NCBI GenBank assembly: GCA_030167145.1
Contig: CP126532.1
Location: 3,090,001-3,122,000, forward strand
DNA: 32,000 nt
Origin: Ktedonobacterales bacterium
GTDB lineage: Bacteria > Chloroflexota > Ktedonobacteria > Ktedonobacterales > JADMIN01
Direction: 5' to 3'
Shown here: positions 6,137 through 14,715 of the stretch, piece after piece
Layout: each line of letters opens with the position of its first letter
How positions within the stretch are numbered: the stretch's first letter is position 1
Translations under genes and position numbers: made by a program
The notes under the pieces: generated by a model
Told to the model about the DNA's origin: nothing
Database searches by the model: none
The model's input: only the letters and a program-made list of their open reading frames with translations

Positions 6137-7717
6137 ATGGTCACCATCCAGCGCCCCGCGATGGATACCGTCACACCCTTCGCCAACACTCCCCTCACCG
6201 ACTTCAGCAAAGAAGAGAACATCCGCGCGCAAGAAGCCGCGCTGCAACAGGTCGCATCTGAGCTTGGCCGCTCCTATCCGCTGATTATCAACGGCGAAAG
6301 GCGTATGACCGCCGACACCTTCACCTCCATCAACCCCGCCCGCCCGGAGCAGGTCGTCGCCGTCTTCGCCAAAGCCACCGTGCAGGATGCCAACGAAGCC
6401 GTCGAAGCCGCCTGGAAGACCTTCCAGACCTGGCAATACACCCCCGCAGCCGAACGCGCGGGCTACCTCTTCGCCGCCGCCAAACTGCTGCGCGAGCGCC
6501 GCTTCTACTTCAATGCGCTGATGATCTACGAGGTCTCCAAAAGCTGGCCCGAAGCCGACGGCGACACCGCTGAAGCGATAGACTTCATCGAGTTCTATGC
6601 CCGCGAAGCCTTGCGCCTCGCCGGTGAGCATCCGCTGACCCCCATGCCCGGCGAGCAGAACGAGCTGATCTACATCCCGCTCGGCGTCGGTGCGATCATC
6701 CCCCCGTGGAACTTCGCCTGCGCCATCATGGTCGGCCTCACCAGTTCCGCGCTCGTCGCGGGCAACACCGTCGTCCTCAAGCCCGCCAGCACCGCCGCGC
6801 TGGTCGCCGCGCGCTTCGTAGACCTGCTCGAAGAAGCTGGCCTGCCCAAAGGCGTCGTCAACTTTCTCCCCGGCCCCGGCGGCTCCATCGGCGACGCGCT
6901 TGTCGAAAACCCGCTCACCCGCTTCATCTCCTTCACCGGCTCGCGCGATGTCGGCCTGCGCATCAACGAACTTGCCGCCAAGCCACGCCCCGGCCAGAAG
7001 TGGATCAAGCGCACGATCCTCGAAATGGGCGGCAAAGATTCGATTGCCGTAGACGAAACCGCCGACCTGGACTCCGCCGCCGCTGGCATCGTCGCCTCCG
7101 CCTTCGGCTTCCAGGGGCAGAAGTGTTCCGCCTGCTCGCGCGCCATCATCGTAGATGCGGTCTACGACCAGCTCGTGCCCAAGATCGTAGACCTGGCCCG
7201 CGCGCTCACCACCGGCGACCCCACCCAGCGCGGCAGCTACATGGGCGCAGTGATTGACGAGAACGCCTACAAAAAGATCCGCCAGTACATCGAGATCGGC
7301 CAGAGCGAGGGCAAGCTGCTGCTCGGCGGCGAAAAGCTCGACGGCTCCGGCTACTTCATCCCGCCGACGATCATCGCCGATGTCGCGCCCGACGCCCGCA
7401 TCTCGCAGGAAGAGATCTTCGGCCCAGTCCTCGCCATCATCAAGGCCAAGGACTTCGACGACGCGCTCGACATCGCCAACAACACCGAGTACGGCCTCAC
7501 CGGCGCGCTCTACTCCCGCGACCGCGAGCGCATAGATCGCGCCGCCCGCGAGTTCTTTGCCGGCAACCTCTACATTAACCGCAAATGCACCGGCGCGATG
7601 GTCGGCGTCCATCCCTTCGGCGGCTTCAACATGTCCGGCACCGACTCCAAAGCCGGTGGCCGCGATTACCTGCTGCTCTTCACCCAGGCCAAATCCATCG
7701 CCGAGAAGATCGGCTAA
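6137..7717 (+). CDS. pruA: L-glutamate gamma-semialdehyde (1-pyrroline-5-carboxylate) dehydrogenase
   Basis: AAGGAG at 6121-6126, then ATG at 6137. Aldehyde dehydrogenase fold with P5CDH-type motifs (EMGGKDSIAVDETADLDSAA, FGFQGQKCSACSRAIIV, NTEYGLTGALYSRD, VGVHPFGGFNMSGTDSKAGG). The ORF-track start at 5087 is an artefactual extension through the repeats. Confidence 0.92.
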   Translation: MVTIQRPAMDTVTPFANTPLTDFSKEENIRAQEAALQQVASELGRSYPLIINGERRMTADTFTSINPARPEQVVAVFAKATVQDANEAVEAAWKTFQTWQYTPAAERAGYLFAAAKLLRERRFYFNALMIYEVSKSWPEADGDTAEAIDFIEFYAREALRLAGEHPLTPMPGEQNELIYIPLGVGAIIPPWNFACAIMVGLTSSALVAGNTVVLKPASTAALVAARFVDLLEEAGLPKGVVNFLPGPGGSIGDALVENPLTRFISFTGSRDVGLRINELAAKPRPGQKWIKRTILEMGGKDSIAVDETADLDSAAAGIVASAFGFQGQKCSACSRAIIVDAVYDQLVPKIVDLARALTTGDPTQRGSYMGAVIDENAYKKIRQYIEIGQSEGKLLLGGEKLDGSGYFIPPTIIADVAPDARISQEEIFGPVLAIIKAKDFDDALDIANNTEYGLTGALYSRDRERIDRAAREFFAGNLYINRKCTGAMVGVHPFGGFNMSGTDSKAGGRDYLLLFTQAKSIAEKIG

Positions 7718-7829
7718 TATCGCCCCTATGCTATCCCTCGTTCCCGCGTAGGGCAAGCGGAGCGCAGCCCCGCCGAGCCGTTCCGAGGAGGGGTTCCGCG
7801 TAGGGGCGTCCGGTGGACGCCCGTCAGGG

Positions 7830-7897
7830 TCGGGGGTTAGGTTCTCTCGCTCTCCCCTTCCCTACCAGGGAAGGGGTCGGGGGGTAGGTTCTCTCGC
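7830..7897 (+). repeat. REP-like module: TCGGGGGTTAGGTTCTCTCGC / hairpin CCCCTTCCCT-ACC-AGGGAAGGGG / TCGGGGGGTAGGTTCTCTCGC
   Basis: Perfect 10-bp stem at 7854-7863/7867-7876, flanked by ~21-nt direct repeats (7830-7850, 7877-7897). Homologous to 5053-5089. Confidence 0.8.
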
Positions 7898-7901
7898 CGC
7901 A

Positions 7902-7936
7902 GGGCGTCCATCCACTCGTGATGGGCGCTCCTTTTT
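7902..7936 (+). terminator. putative intrinsic terminator of pruA
   Basis: Stem GGGCGTCCATC (7902-7912) / GATGGGCGCTC (7920-7930) with two G-U pairs and loop CACTCGT, then C + TTTTT (7932-7936). Confidence 0.55.
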
Positions 7937-8097
7937 CGTGTCCATCGCCCACCCACCCAACTACTCAGATTACGCACAATGGATGAGCTATTTCCCTCTA
8001 TCACGTCAGGATAGGACTTGACTTAACATGGCAACTTGTGTACTGTTGCTGTCACAGCGTGATATGGTCGCGTTGTGACAGTAAAAGGAGCATACAC

Positions 8098-8313
8098 ATG
8101 GCCGAACAGCCGGTCAGCGGGAACCAGCGTAGCAAAGCGCGCTATTTCGCGTATCTTCTGCTGCTGATCCCCTTCGTCGCCATGCTCTGGGTCTCGTCCT
8201 ACAACAGGGCAGATCCGGAGTTCCTGGGATTCCCGTTCTTCTACTGGTATCAGTTCCTCTGGGTTCTCATCGGGGCAGCCTTGACGGCTATCGTCTACTT
8301 CATCGTCAAGTAG
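8098..8313 (+). CDS. DUF3311-family small membrane protein (partner of the downstream symporter)
   Basis: AAAGGAG precedes ATG 8098. The 71-aa two-TM protein carries the FLGFPFFYWYQFLWV motif typical of DUF3311, immediately upstream of an SSS transporter. Confidence 0.8.
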   Translation: MAEQPVSGNQRSKARYFAYLLLLIPFVAMLWVSSYNRADPEFLGFPFFYWYQFLWVLIGAALTAIVYFIVK

Positions 8314-8394
8314 CCCGCCCCCCGTATCTACACCGCTTCGGCTCGGCATGTCCTGGCATTCGATGTACATCCCATGTAGTACAAGGAGTGGACC

Positions 8395-9972
8395 ATGCTC
8401 AACTGGACCGAACTCAGCGTCTTCATCGTGCTCTTCGCCCTGGTCACGGTGCTTGGCTTCGTGGCAGCACGCTGGCGGCGCGGCGACCTGAACCAATTGA
8501 ACGAGTGGGGCCTCGCGGGCCGCCGCTTTGGCACCCTCGTCACCTGGTTTCTGCTCGGCGGCGACCTCTACACCGCGTACACCTTCGTCGCCGTCCCCGC
8601 GCTCGTCTACGCCTCTGGCGCGATTGGCTTCTTCGCGCTGCCCTACACCATCATCGTGTATCCCTTCATCTTCGTCGTCATGCCCCGGCTCTGGGCCGTC
8701 TGCCGCAAACACCACTACATCACCGTCTCCGACTTCGTGCGCGGGCGGCATGGCAGCGGTGGCCTGGCGCTGGCGGTAGCCTTCACCGGCATTCTGGCGA
8801 CCATGCCCTACATCGCTCTGCAACTGGTGGGCATCCAGGTGGTGCTGGGCGCGATGGGCCTCCAGGGCGATTTGCCGCTGATTATCGCCTTCCTCATCCT
8901 GGCTGCCTACACCTACTTCAGCGGCCTGCGCGCTCCGGCGATGATTGCGCTGGTCAAAGACGCGATCATCTACATCACCATCATCGTCGCCATCATCGCC
9001 ATCCCCATCTACATCAGCCATACGCAAGGCAACGGCAGCGGCATCCTCAACGGGTATCAGACGATGTTCGCCAAGGTTCCGTCGGCGAAGCTCCTGCTCT
9101 CACCCAAGTCGTTCACCGTCTATGCCACGCTGGCGCTTGGCTCCGCGCTGGCGCTGTTCATGTACCCGCACTCGATTACGGGCGTGCTCAGCTCGAATAG
9201 CGGACGCGCCATCAAGCGCAACGCCGCGCTGCTGCCCGCCTATTCGTTCCTGCTGGGCCTGATCGCGCTGCTAGGCTTTATGGCGCTGGTGGTTGGCGTC
9301 AAGCCGGTGAAGCCGTTCGGCGCGCAGTATGCGGTTCCGGGCCTGTTCAATACCGTGTTCACCGGCTCCTCCAACTGGTTCGCCGGATTCGGCTTCGCCG
9401 CCATCGCCATCGGCGCGCTGGTGCCCGCCGCGGTGATGTCCATCGCGTCAGCCAACCTCTTCACCCGCAACATCCTGCGCGAATACTTCATGCCCAACAT
9501 GACCGACAAGCAGGAGGCAAGCGCGGCAAAGCTGGTGTCGCTGCTGGTGAAGGTTGGCGCGCTGGCGTTCATCATCTTCCTGCCGCTGCAACAGGCGATC
9601 AACTTCCAGTTGCTCGGTGGCGTGTGGATTCTTCAGACGCTGCCAGCGGTCGTCTTCGGCCTGTACACCCGCTGGTTCCATCGCTGGGCGCTGCTGATCG
9701 GCTGGGCCGTCGGCATGATTCTCGGCACCTACATGTCGTACCTGCAGAGCAATGCGGTGAACCCGCATTTCGCGTCGTCCACCTATTCGCTGCACCTCTT
9801 CGGCCAGGTGATTCCAGGCTATGCGGCCTTCTACGCCGTGATCGTCAATATCGCCATTGCCGTCGTCCTCTCGGCCATCTTCAACTTCATCCCTGCCCTC
9901 AAAGGCAAGGACGAGACGCAGGCGGCGGATTACGTCGAGGAGGAGGTTCCCGTCGCCGTCGCCATCGGATAA
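8395..9972 (+). CDS. sodium:solute symporter (SSS) family transporter
   Basis: 525-aa polytopic membrane protein with AAGGAG upstream. The N-terminal region (GLAGRRFGTLVTWFLLGGDLYTAYTFVAVPALVY) is typical of the SSS family, and it pairs with DUF3311. Substrate not assignable. Confidence 0.88.
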   Translation: MLNWTELSVFIVLFALVTVLGFVAARWRRGDLNQLNEWGLAGRRFGTLVTWFLLGGDLYTAYTFVAVPALVYASGAIGFFALPYTIIVYPFIFVVMPRLWAVCRKHHYITVSDFVRGRHGSGGLALAVAFTGILATMPYIALQLVGIQVVLGAMGLQGDLPLIIAFLILAAYTYFSGLRAPAMIALVKDAIIYITIIVAIIAIPIYISHTQGNGSGILNGYQTMFAKVPSAKLLLSPKSFTVYATLALGSALALFMYPHSITGVLSSNSGRAIKRNAALLPAYSFLLGLIALLGFMALVVGVKPVKPFGAQYAVPGLFNTVFTGSSNWFAGFGFAAIAIGALVPAAVMSIASANLFTRNILREYFMPNMTDKQEASAAKLVSLLVKVGALAFIIFLPLQQAINFQLLGGVWILQTLPAVVFGLYTRWFHRWALLIGWAVGMILGTYMSYLQSNAVNPHFASSTYSLHLFGQVIPGYAAFYAVIVNIAIAVVLSAIFNFIPALKGKDETQAADYVEEEVPVAVAIG

Positions 9973-10059
9973 GCGGAGTTGCCGTGATTCCGGCGTGATG
10001 ATCGTATGAACTTGGGGCGTCCATCCTTTCCTGGTGGGCGCCCATTCGTCGCATCGCAC

Positions 10060-10088
10060 TTGCATGCGGGCCGCCAGCACCCTATACT
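10060..10088 (+). promoter_or_regulatory. sigma-70-type promoter TTGCAT-17nt-TATACT for comEA
   Basis: TTGCAT at 10060-10065, a 17-nt spacer, TATACT at 10083-10088. This argues against the ORF-track ATG at 10089 being the true start. Confidence 0.4.
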
Positions 10089-10142
10089 ATGCGCCAACAT
10101 GCGGATATGTCGCAGAACGAGGCGATGTGTGGAGGGGGTGGG

Positions 10143-10727
10143 ATGATGGCGGATAGGCTCGGCGACATGCTCCGCTCGCGCTATTACCGGCCCGTGATGT
10201 TCGGCCTGCTGTTCATCCTGCTGCTAGGCCTGTGGGTCGCGGTGCTCAACCGCAACGGCGACTGGCCGCCCGCGTTCTTGCAGCCACGCCCCTCCATCGC
10301 CATCACCGGCCCTGGCGTGGGCAGCAACGCCCAGATTCAGGCGTATGTGCTGGGAGCTGTCCACACACCAGGGGTGTATACGCTGCCGCAGGGGTCGCGC
10401 GTCCACGATCTGATTACGTCGGCGGGTGGCGCGCTGACCACCGCCGATCTCTCCCGCGTCAATCTGGCGGCGGTGCTCGCCGACGGCCAGTCTATCTATG
10501 TGCCGCTCACCGGTGAAGACATCCCCTTCGAGCGTGGCGGTAAAGTAGACATCAACGTCGCGACCGCCCAGCAGATGCACAACGCGCTGGGTATTAGCCT
10601 CACCACCGCACGCCACATCGTCGCCTATCGCGCTGCTCACGGCGACTTCACCGCCGTCAGTCAGCTCCTACTCGTGCCCATCACTCGCGACATCTACGAC
10701 CGCATCAAAGATCTCGTCACCGTTTAG
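10143..10727 (+). CDS. comEA: ComEA-family DNA-binding competence protein (TM anchor, SLBB-like domain, helix-hairpin-helix)
   Basis: GGAGGG at 10131-10136 precedes ATG 10143. An N-terminal TM segment (VMFGLLFILLLGLWVAVL) is followed by GVYTLPQGSRVHDLITSAGG and a C-terminal HhH block (VDINVATAQQMHNALGISLTTARHIVAYRAAHGDFTAVSQLLLVPITRDIYDRIKDLVTV). The start could be 10089 as in the track. Confidence 0.85.
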   Translation: MMADRLGDMLRSRYYRPVMFGLLFILLLGLWVAVLNRNGDWPPAFLQPRPSIAITGPGVGSNAQIQAYVLGAVHTPGVYTLPQGSRVHDLITSAGGALTTADLSRVNLAAVLADGQSIYVPLTGEDIPFERGGKVDINVATAQQMHNALGISLTTARHIVAYRAAHGDFTAVSQLLLVPITRDIYDRIKDLVTV

Positions 10728-11884
10728 GCCCACGGCGCAGTGTACCATGTCCGCAGTTCGCTGGCGGCGGGCAGGCCGTTGGGGGCGAAGGGCGGCAGCG
10801 ACCATGCCCAGAAGTAGATCCCCAGGATATGCGGATCGAAGACGGCGTCCGATACCGCCGCACGATAGATTCCCGCCTGTTCAGTGGGGTCGGCGGGAGC
10901 GGCGGTGACGCTCATATAGGGCTTATAGAGCGCGTCGGCGCTATTGCGATAGCCAATCTCCGAGATTAGCACCGGCTTGCCCAGATACGCCGAGAGCGCG
11001 TCAAGCGGCGCCTGCACCTTCTTCGCCCAGAGTGCGGGCATCGCCGCTGGGTCCACATGTACCGGCTGATCCACGAGTGAGAAGTACGACGAGACGCCGA
11101 TGGCCGCCAGACGGCGATCTTTGAGCCAGAGTGGCAGACCGTCGGTGTGCGCCTGCAAGAAGCTGAAATTCAGGTCGTAGGTGAGCGCGCCTGAATAGAC
11201 GCTGGTGACGTTGCTGAGCAGTTGTGTCCAATAGTGCGTAGGCAGAATCGCCAGATTCTCGAACTCCGTGCCGATGGCGAACTGTTCCGCGCCTCCCGCC
11301 TGCGCGGCCATGAGATAGGGTTTCAGCGCACTCCAATAGCTCGCGAACCATGCCGTACACTTCGCGTCGCTGGCGCAGCGGATGTCGCCGGCCCACTGCG
11401 AGTGCCATGGCGTCTGGTGGCGCAGTGTAATCAGCGGCACGATGAAGACGCGGAGCCCCAGGCTATGCGCCGTGCGGATGCCATCGAGCAAGGTTGCGGG
11501 GGTGGGTGTCTGTGCGCCAACCTGCACGGTGGTCGAATTGTAGGAATCTTGCTCGAGGGTGACGGCAAGCTGCACCCACCGCGCGCCCGTCTGATAGAGA
11601 ATCTCGCGCAGGCCACGCTCGTAATAGCGATTAGCTGGACTATATGCCGACGGCCCCCACTGCGGGAACGAGATGCCTGCCTGGAACTCTGGTCGCGCAT
11701 ACGCGCTGGGCGTGGGCGAGAACACGGGACTTGGTATCGGCGTCGCGGGGCCAGATGCCGCCGCGATCACCACCGAAACCCCGCCCGGTGTGGGTGGCTG
11801 GCCAGTAAAGAGCGTCCATTCGCACACGACGCTCAGCGCCAGTAACAATATGACGAGAGTGAATCCAGTACGCTTGCGCTTCAT
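10724..11884 (-). CDS. membrane-anchored or secreted TIM-barrel glycoside hydrolase-like protein (clan GH-A style catalytic pair)
   Basis: N-terminal signal/anchor (MKRKRTGFTLVILLLALSVV). FAIGTEFENL and VLISEIGYRN resemble the acid/base and nucleophile Glu motifs of clan GH-A enzymes. There is a 4-nt overlap with the upstream GT2 gene. The specific family was not determined. Confidence 0.7.
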   Translation of the reverse strand: MKRKRTGFTLVILLLALSVVCEWTLFTGQPPTPGGVSVVIAAASGPATPIPSPVFSPTPSAYARPEFQAGISFPQWGPSAYSPANRYYERGLREILYQTGARWVQLAVTLEQDSYNSTTVQVGAQTPTPATLLDGIRTAHSLGLRVFIVPLITLRHQTPWHSQWAGDIRCASDAKCTAWFASYWSALKPYLMAAQAGGAEQFAIGTEFENLAILPTHYWTQLLSNVTSVYSGALTYDLNFSFLQAHTDGLPLWLKDRRLAAIGVSSYFSLVDQPVHVDPAAMPALWAKKVQAPLDALSAYLGKPVLISEIGYRNSADALYKPYMSVTAAPADPTEQAGIYRAAVSDAVFDPHILGIYFWAWSLPPFAPNGLPAASELRTWYTAPWA

Positions 11885-13710
11885 TGCGCCGTCCCTTCAC
11901 GCGCGACGTCACGCGCAGGCGGTCTAGTGGCTGCCGTCTTGGTCAGACGCGGTTTCTGAATGACGAAGAAGCCCTGTGCGCGGCGCAGGCTGTAGAATAC
12001 GCCCGCGACTTCCAGCAGCGCATACCAGAAGAGGCCCAGCGCCAGACACCATTCCAGCGCCTGCCGCGCCAATCGCGCGGCTCCGGTGCGTGCGGCGTGT
12101 CCCCGGCCAAAACGCGCCTGCGCGTCGAGGCCATGCAGGTATGCCAGCAAGTACGTCACCCATGCGAAGTCCGCGGGAATCCGCGCCCAGGTGAACGGCT
12201 GCGTGCGCGTGGCGACGGCAATCAGCGCAATGCCGAGCGGCAGCACCGAGATCTGCCAGAGCAGAGTGAAGAGCGCCAGCGCCAGCCGGTAACGGCGGGG
12301 TACCGCGCGATCTCGCACCACTTTGCGGATGCCGCTGAGCCAGCGGGCGCGCTGCCGCACGAAGTCCATGGTGCGCTGGGGCGGCTGCTCGTGCAGATAG
12401 CCGCGCACCCAACCGAAACGCCAACCGCGTGCCCAGGCCCGCAGCGCCCAGGCGGCGTCTTCGGTGATCGAGTTCGCCGCGCCGACATCGAAGGAAAGCG
12501 CGCGCTCCTCGCTGCCACGTGTCACCAGATAGCTGCCATGCACGCCAAAGATTGGCGCTCCCAGCGCATATTGCAGCCGGAAGCGGCCCAGGTCGTCGCC
12601 GGTGCGGATCGCGTCCGCGCCACGGAAGAATGGCGAGCCGCCTTCATAGAGAATGCCGCCCTGGCCGATGAGATGTGGCGAGCGCCAGCCGTGACGCAGC
12701 GCACGCTCGCGGGCACGGGCGATGAAGTCATAGATGCCAGCGATAAGCGGCGCATCTATGGTGCTTTCTTCGTCCAGGTAGACGTGCCAATCGGCGGGGC
12801 TGGGTCGCGTGGCCTGCTGCAGATAGGTGAGCGCACGCGCCTTGTAGCGGGAATGGTGTTCGGTTTCGTAGGCAGTCGGGACGGTGTAGACCTCGGCGAG
12901 GCCGTCCAGGTCCAGCCACTCTTCCGTCACCACTTCTATCGTGTACGGCCCGGTCGCCTCTGTGTAGCTGGCGAAGGCCGCGTGAATCGAGCGCACACTC
13001 TCGCGCAGTACGTCGCTATTCTGGCCGCGCGTGCAAAAGCGAAAGACGAGCCGCGCGGGGGTGGGCATGTCGCAGCCGAGCGCAGGCGGCATCAGCGGCA
13101 CGGGGCGCGCGTCTGGCGGGCGCTGCGACGTTTCGGCGAAGAGGAACCAGCCGAACCAGAGGGTAACGGCCAGCGGCAGCGGCGCGAGCCAGAGCACCTC
13201 TAGCCAGCGCACGTGATATTGCCAGTCGGTCTTTGGCTCTGGTGCGACGCCGCCGATGAGCACCTGCAAGCGCAGCAACACCACCATCAAGAGCACGGTC
13301 ATGCCCAGCAGGGTCAGGCGATAGGTGAGCGCTCGGAGGTTGACACGCGGGCGTCCGTGCCGGGCCAACTGTGCCGCGATGGCGCCGGGGTACGGCTGCG
13401 CGACGCCTCGCCACCGCTGGGGCGCCGCTGCATGCATCCGTATCGCGCCCCCGCTATCGCTCTGGGTGAGGCGCGCGAGCGGTCCTGATAGGCTGGCGCG
13501 TCGCGCGCTGATCGTGCTACGGCGACGACGCGCCAGCGAGGCAGCAGGAATGCGTGCGGGCGCCTGTGGAGTTGTTGCTTGTGAATAGGTAGGTGCGCGT
13601 CCTGTGTATTCCAGCGGTTGCGCCAGAGGTTCTGGCCATCGTGGCCGTTGCGCATGTGGCGTCGCCGCGCTGGCCCGCCCGCTCCCCACCCTGTTTTCCA
13701 CCGTGCCCAC
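11881..13710 (-). CDS. integral-membrane family-2 glycosyltransferase (processive synthase-like)
   Basis: Motifs: VYLDEESTID (DxD-like), ITEDAAWALRAWARGWRFGWV (TED-type) and FVRQRARWLSGI (QxxRW). There are multiple TM segments on both sides. The first ~120 aa are low complexity, so the true start may be downstream (GTG 13701 or internal Met codons). Confidence 0.8.
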   Translation of the reverse strand: MGTVENRVGSGRASAATPHAQRPRWPEPLAQPLEYTGRAPTYSQATTPQAPARIPAASLARRRRSTISARRASLSGPLARLTQSDSGGAIRMHAAAPQRWRGVAQPYPGAIAAQLARHGRPRVNLRALTYRLTLLGMTVLLMVVLLRLQVLIGGVAPEPKTDWQYHVRWLEVLWLAPLPLAVTLWFGWFLFAETSQRPPDARPVPLMPPALGCDMPTPARLVFRFCTRGQNSDVLRESVRSIHAAFASYTEATGPYTIEVVTEEWLDLDGLAEVYTVPTAYETEHHSRYKARALTYLQQATRPSPADWHVYLDEESTIDAPLIAGIYDFIARARERALRHGWRSPHLIGQGGILYEGGSPFFRGADAIRTGDDLGRFRLQYALGAPIFGVHGSYLVTRGSEERALSFDVGAANSITEDAAWALRAWARGWRFGWVRGYLHEQPPQRTMDFVRQRARWLSGIRKVVRDRAVPRRYRLALALFTLLWQISVLPLGIALIAVATRTQPFTWARIPADFAWVTYLLAYLHGLDAQARFGRGHAARTGAARLARQALEWCLALGLFWYALLEVAGVFYSLRRAQGFFVIQKPRLTKTAATRPPARDVAREGTAQ

Positions 13711-13907
13711 CTGAACTGAACCAGTACACCGCGCTACATCCCTATAGTGAATATTCTACCGTCTCCACATCGCCTGCCGCTAGCAAGAATAGCGCCAGCC
13801 CCCAGTCTCGTCGTAATTTCATTGCTACGTCACAGACCGGAGTTGGGGTATATGCTATAGAGGCGAACAGCGCGTTGAGAGAACCTTGCATTGATAGAAG
13901 ACGGAAG

Positions 13908-14576
13908 ATGAACGGCAATAGTTGCGCGAACGGCGAAATGGGCGAAATCGTCGAACAGAGGTTGAGCGGCGCAACCGGCGTGGTGCTGGCGGGCGGGCAG
14001 AGCGCGCGCATGGGCCAGCCGAAGGCGGCGCTGCCGATTGGCGGCGAGCCGCTGCTGCGCCGTGTTGTGCGACGTCTCGGCGCGGCCTTCGCGGACGTGC
14101 TGGTGGTTGGCCCGCCAGAGCTAGTCCTGTTGGCGCCAGATGCGCGCGTGCTGCCCGATCAGCACCCCGGCCTGGGACCACTGGCGGGTCTCGAAGCGGC
14201 GCTCACCGCCATCGCCACGCCGCGCGCCTTCGTTATCGCCTGCGACATGCCCTTTGTCGCCCCCGCGCTCGCCCGCGCCATGGCCGCACGCGCCGCGATG
14301 CTGCCCGATGTGGATGTGGTGGCGCTGCGTTCATCACACGGCCTGGAACACCTGCACGCGGTTTATCACGTCTCCTGTCTGCCGCGCATCCACGCCCAAC
14401 TCGACGCGGGCGACCGCTCACTGCGCACGCTGCTGGCCGGGCTTCGCGTCCGCGAGTTCTCGCCCGAAGACGCGGCGCGCTATGACCCCACCGGCCTCTC
14501 CGCCTTCAACACCAATACGCCGGATGACTGGGCACGCGCGCTGGCCTTGGCGGCGAACGACATGGTTGAGAACTGA
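13908..14576 (+). CDS. mobA: molybdenum cofactor guanylyltransferase
   Basis: GVVLAGGQSARMGQPKAALPIGGEPLL, LPDQHPGLGPLAGLEAAL and FVIACDMPFV are MobA signatures. Start taken at ATG 13908 (alternative 13938). The ORF-track start at 13593 is an upstream extension. Confidence 0.85.
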   Translation: MNGNSCANGEMGEIVEQRLSGATGVVLAGGQSARMGQPKAALPIGGEPLLRRVVRRLGAAFADVLVVGPPELVLLAPDARVLPDQHPGLGPLAGLEAALTAIATPRAFVIACDMPFVAPALARAMAARAAMLPDVDVVALRSSHGLEHLHAVYHVSCLPRIHAQLDAGDRSLRTLLAGLRVREFSPEDAARYDPTGLSAFNTNTPDDWARALALAANDMVEN

Positions 14577-14605
14577 CATCTAAAGCCCTCTTTTCTCACC
14601 AGGGC

Positions 14606-14635
14606 TTGACCGGTGATGTTAGGCCATGCTAATAT
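14606..14635 (+). promoter_or_regulatory. sigma-70-type promoter TTGACC-18nt-(TGc)TAATAT upstream of the iron permease
   Basis: TTGACC at 14606-14611, extended -10 TGC-TAATAT at 14627-14635. Confidence 0.5.
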
Positions 14636-14656
14636 CCGAGTGGCGCACTCGGATAT
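14632..14656. promoter_or_regulatory. perfect 11-3-11 palindrome ATATCCGAGTG-GCG-CACTCGGATAT overlapping the -10 element (candidate repressor operator)
   Basis: Arms at 14632-14642 and 14646-14656 are exact reverse complements. The site lies 60 nt upstream of the FTR1 start codon. Confidence 0.6.
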
Positions 14657-14715
14657 GCGATTCCCCACCAACACCTGCGGCGCCACCAGCACGAGACAAT
14701 GGAGAAGAGCGGATT

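Noticed and set aside
13593-13907. N-terminal 105-codon extension of the mobA ORF, and the similar upstream extensions of the FTR1 (14626), tuf (28068), rpsG (25051), rplC (30003) and rplD (30960) ORFs
   Set aside because: The extensions are non-conserved, low-complexity sequence. Conserved N-termini preceded by Shine-Dalgarno motifs occur at the internal ATGs used in the feature table.
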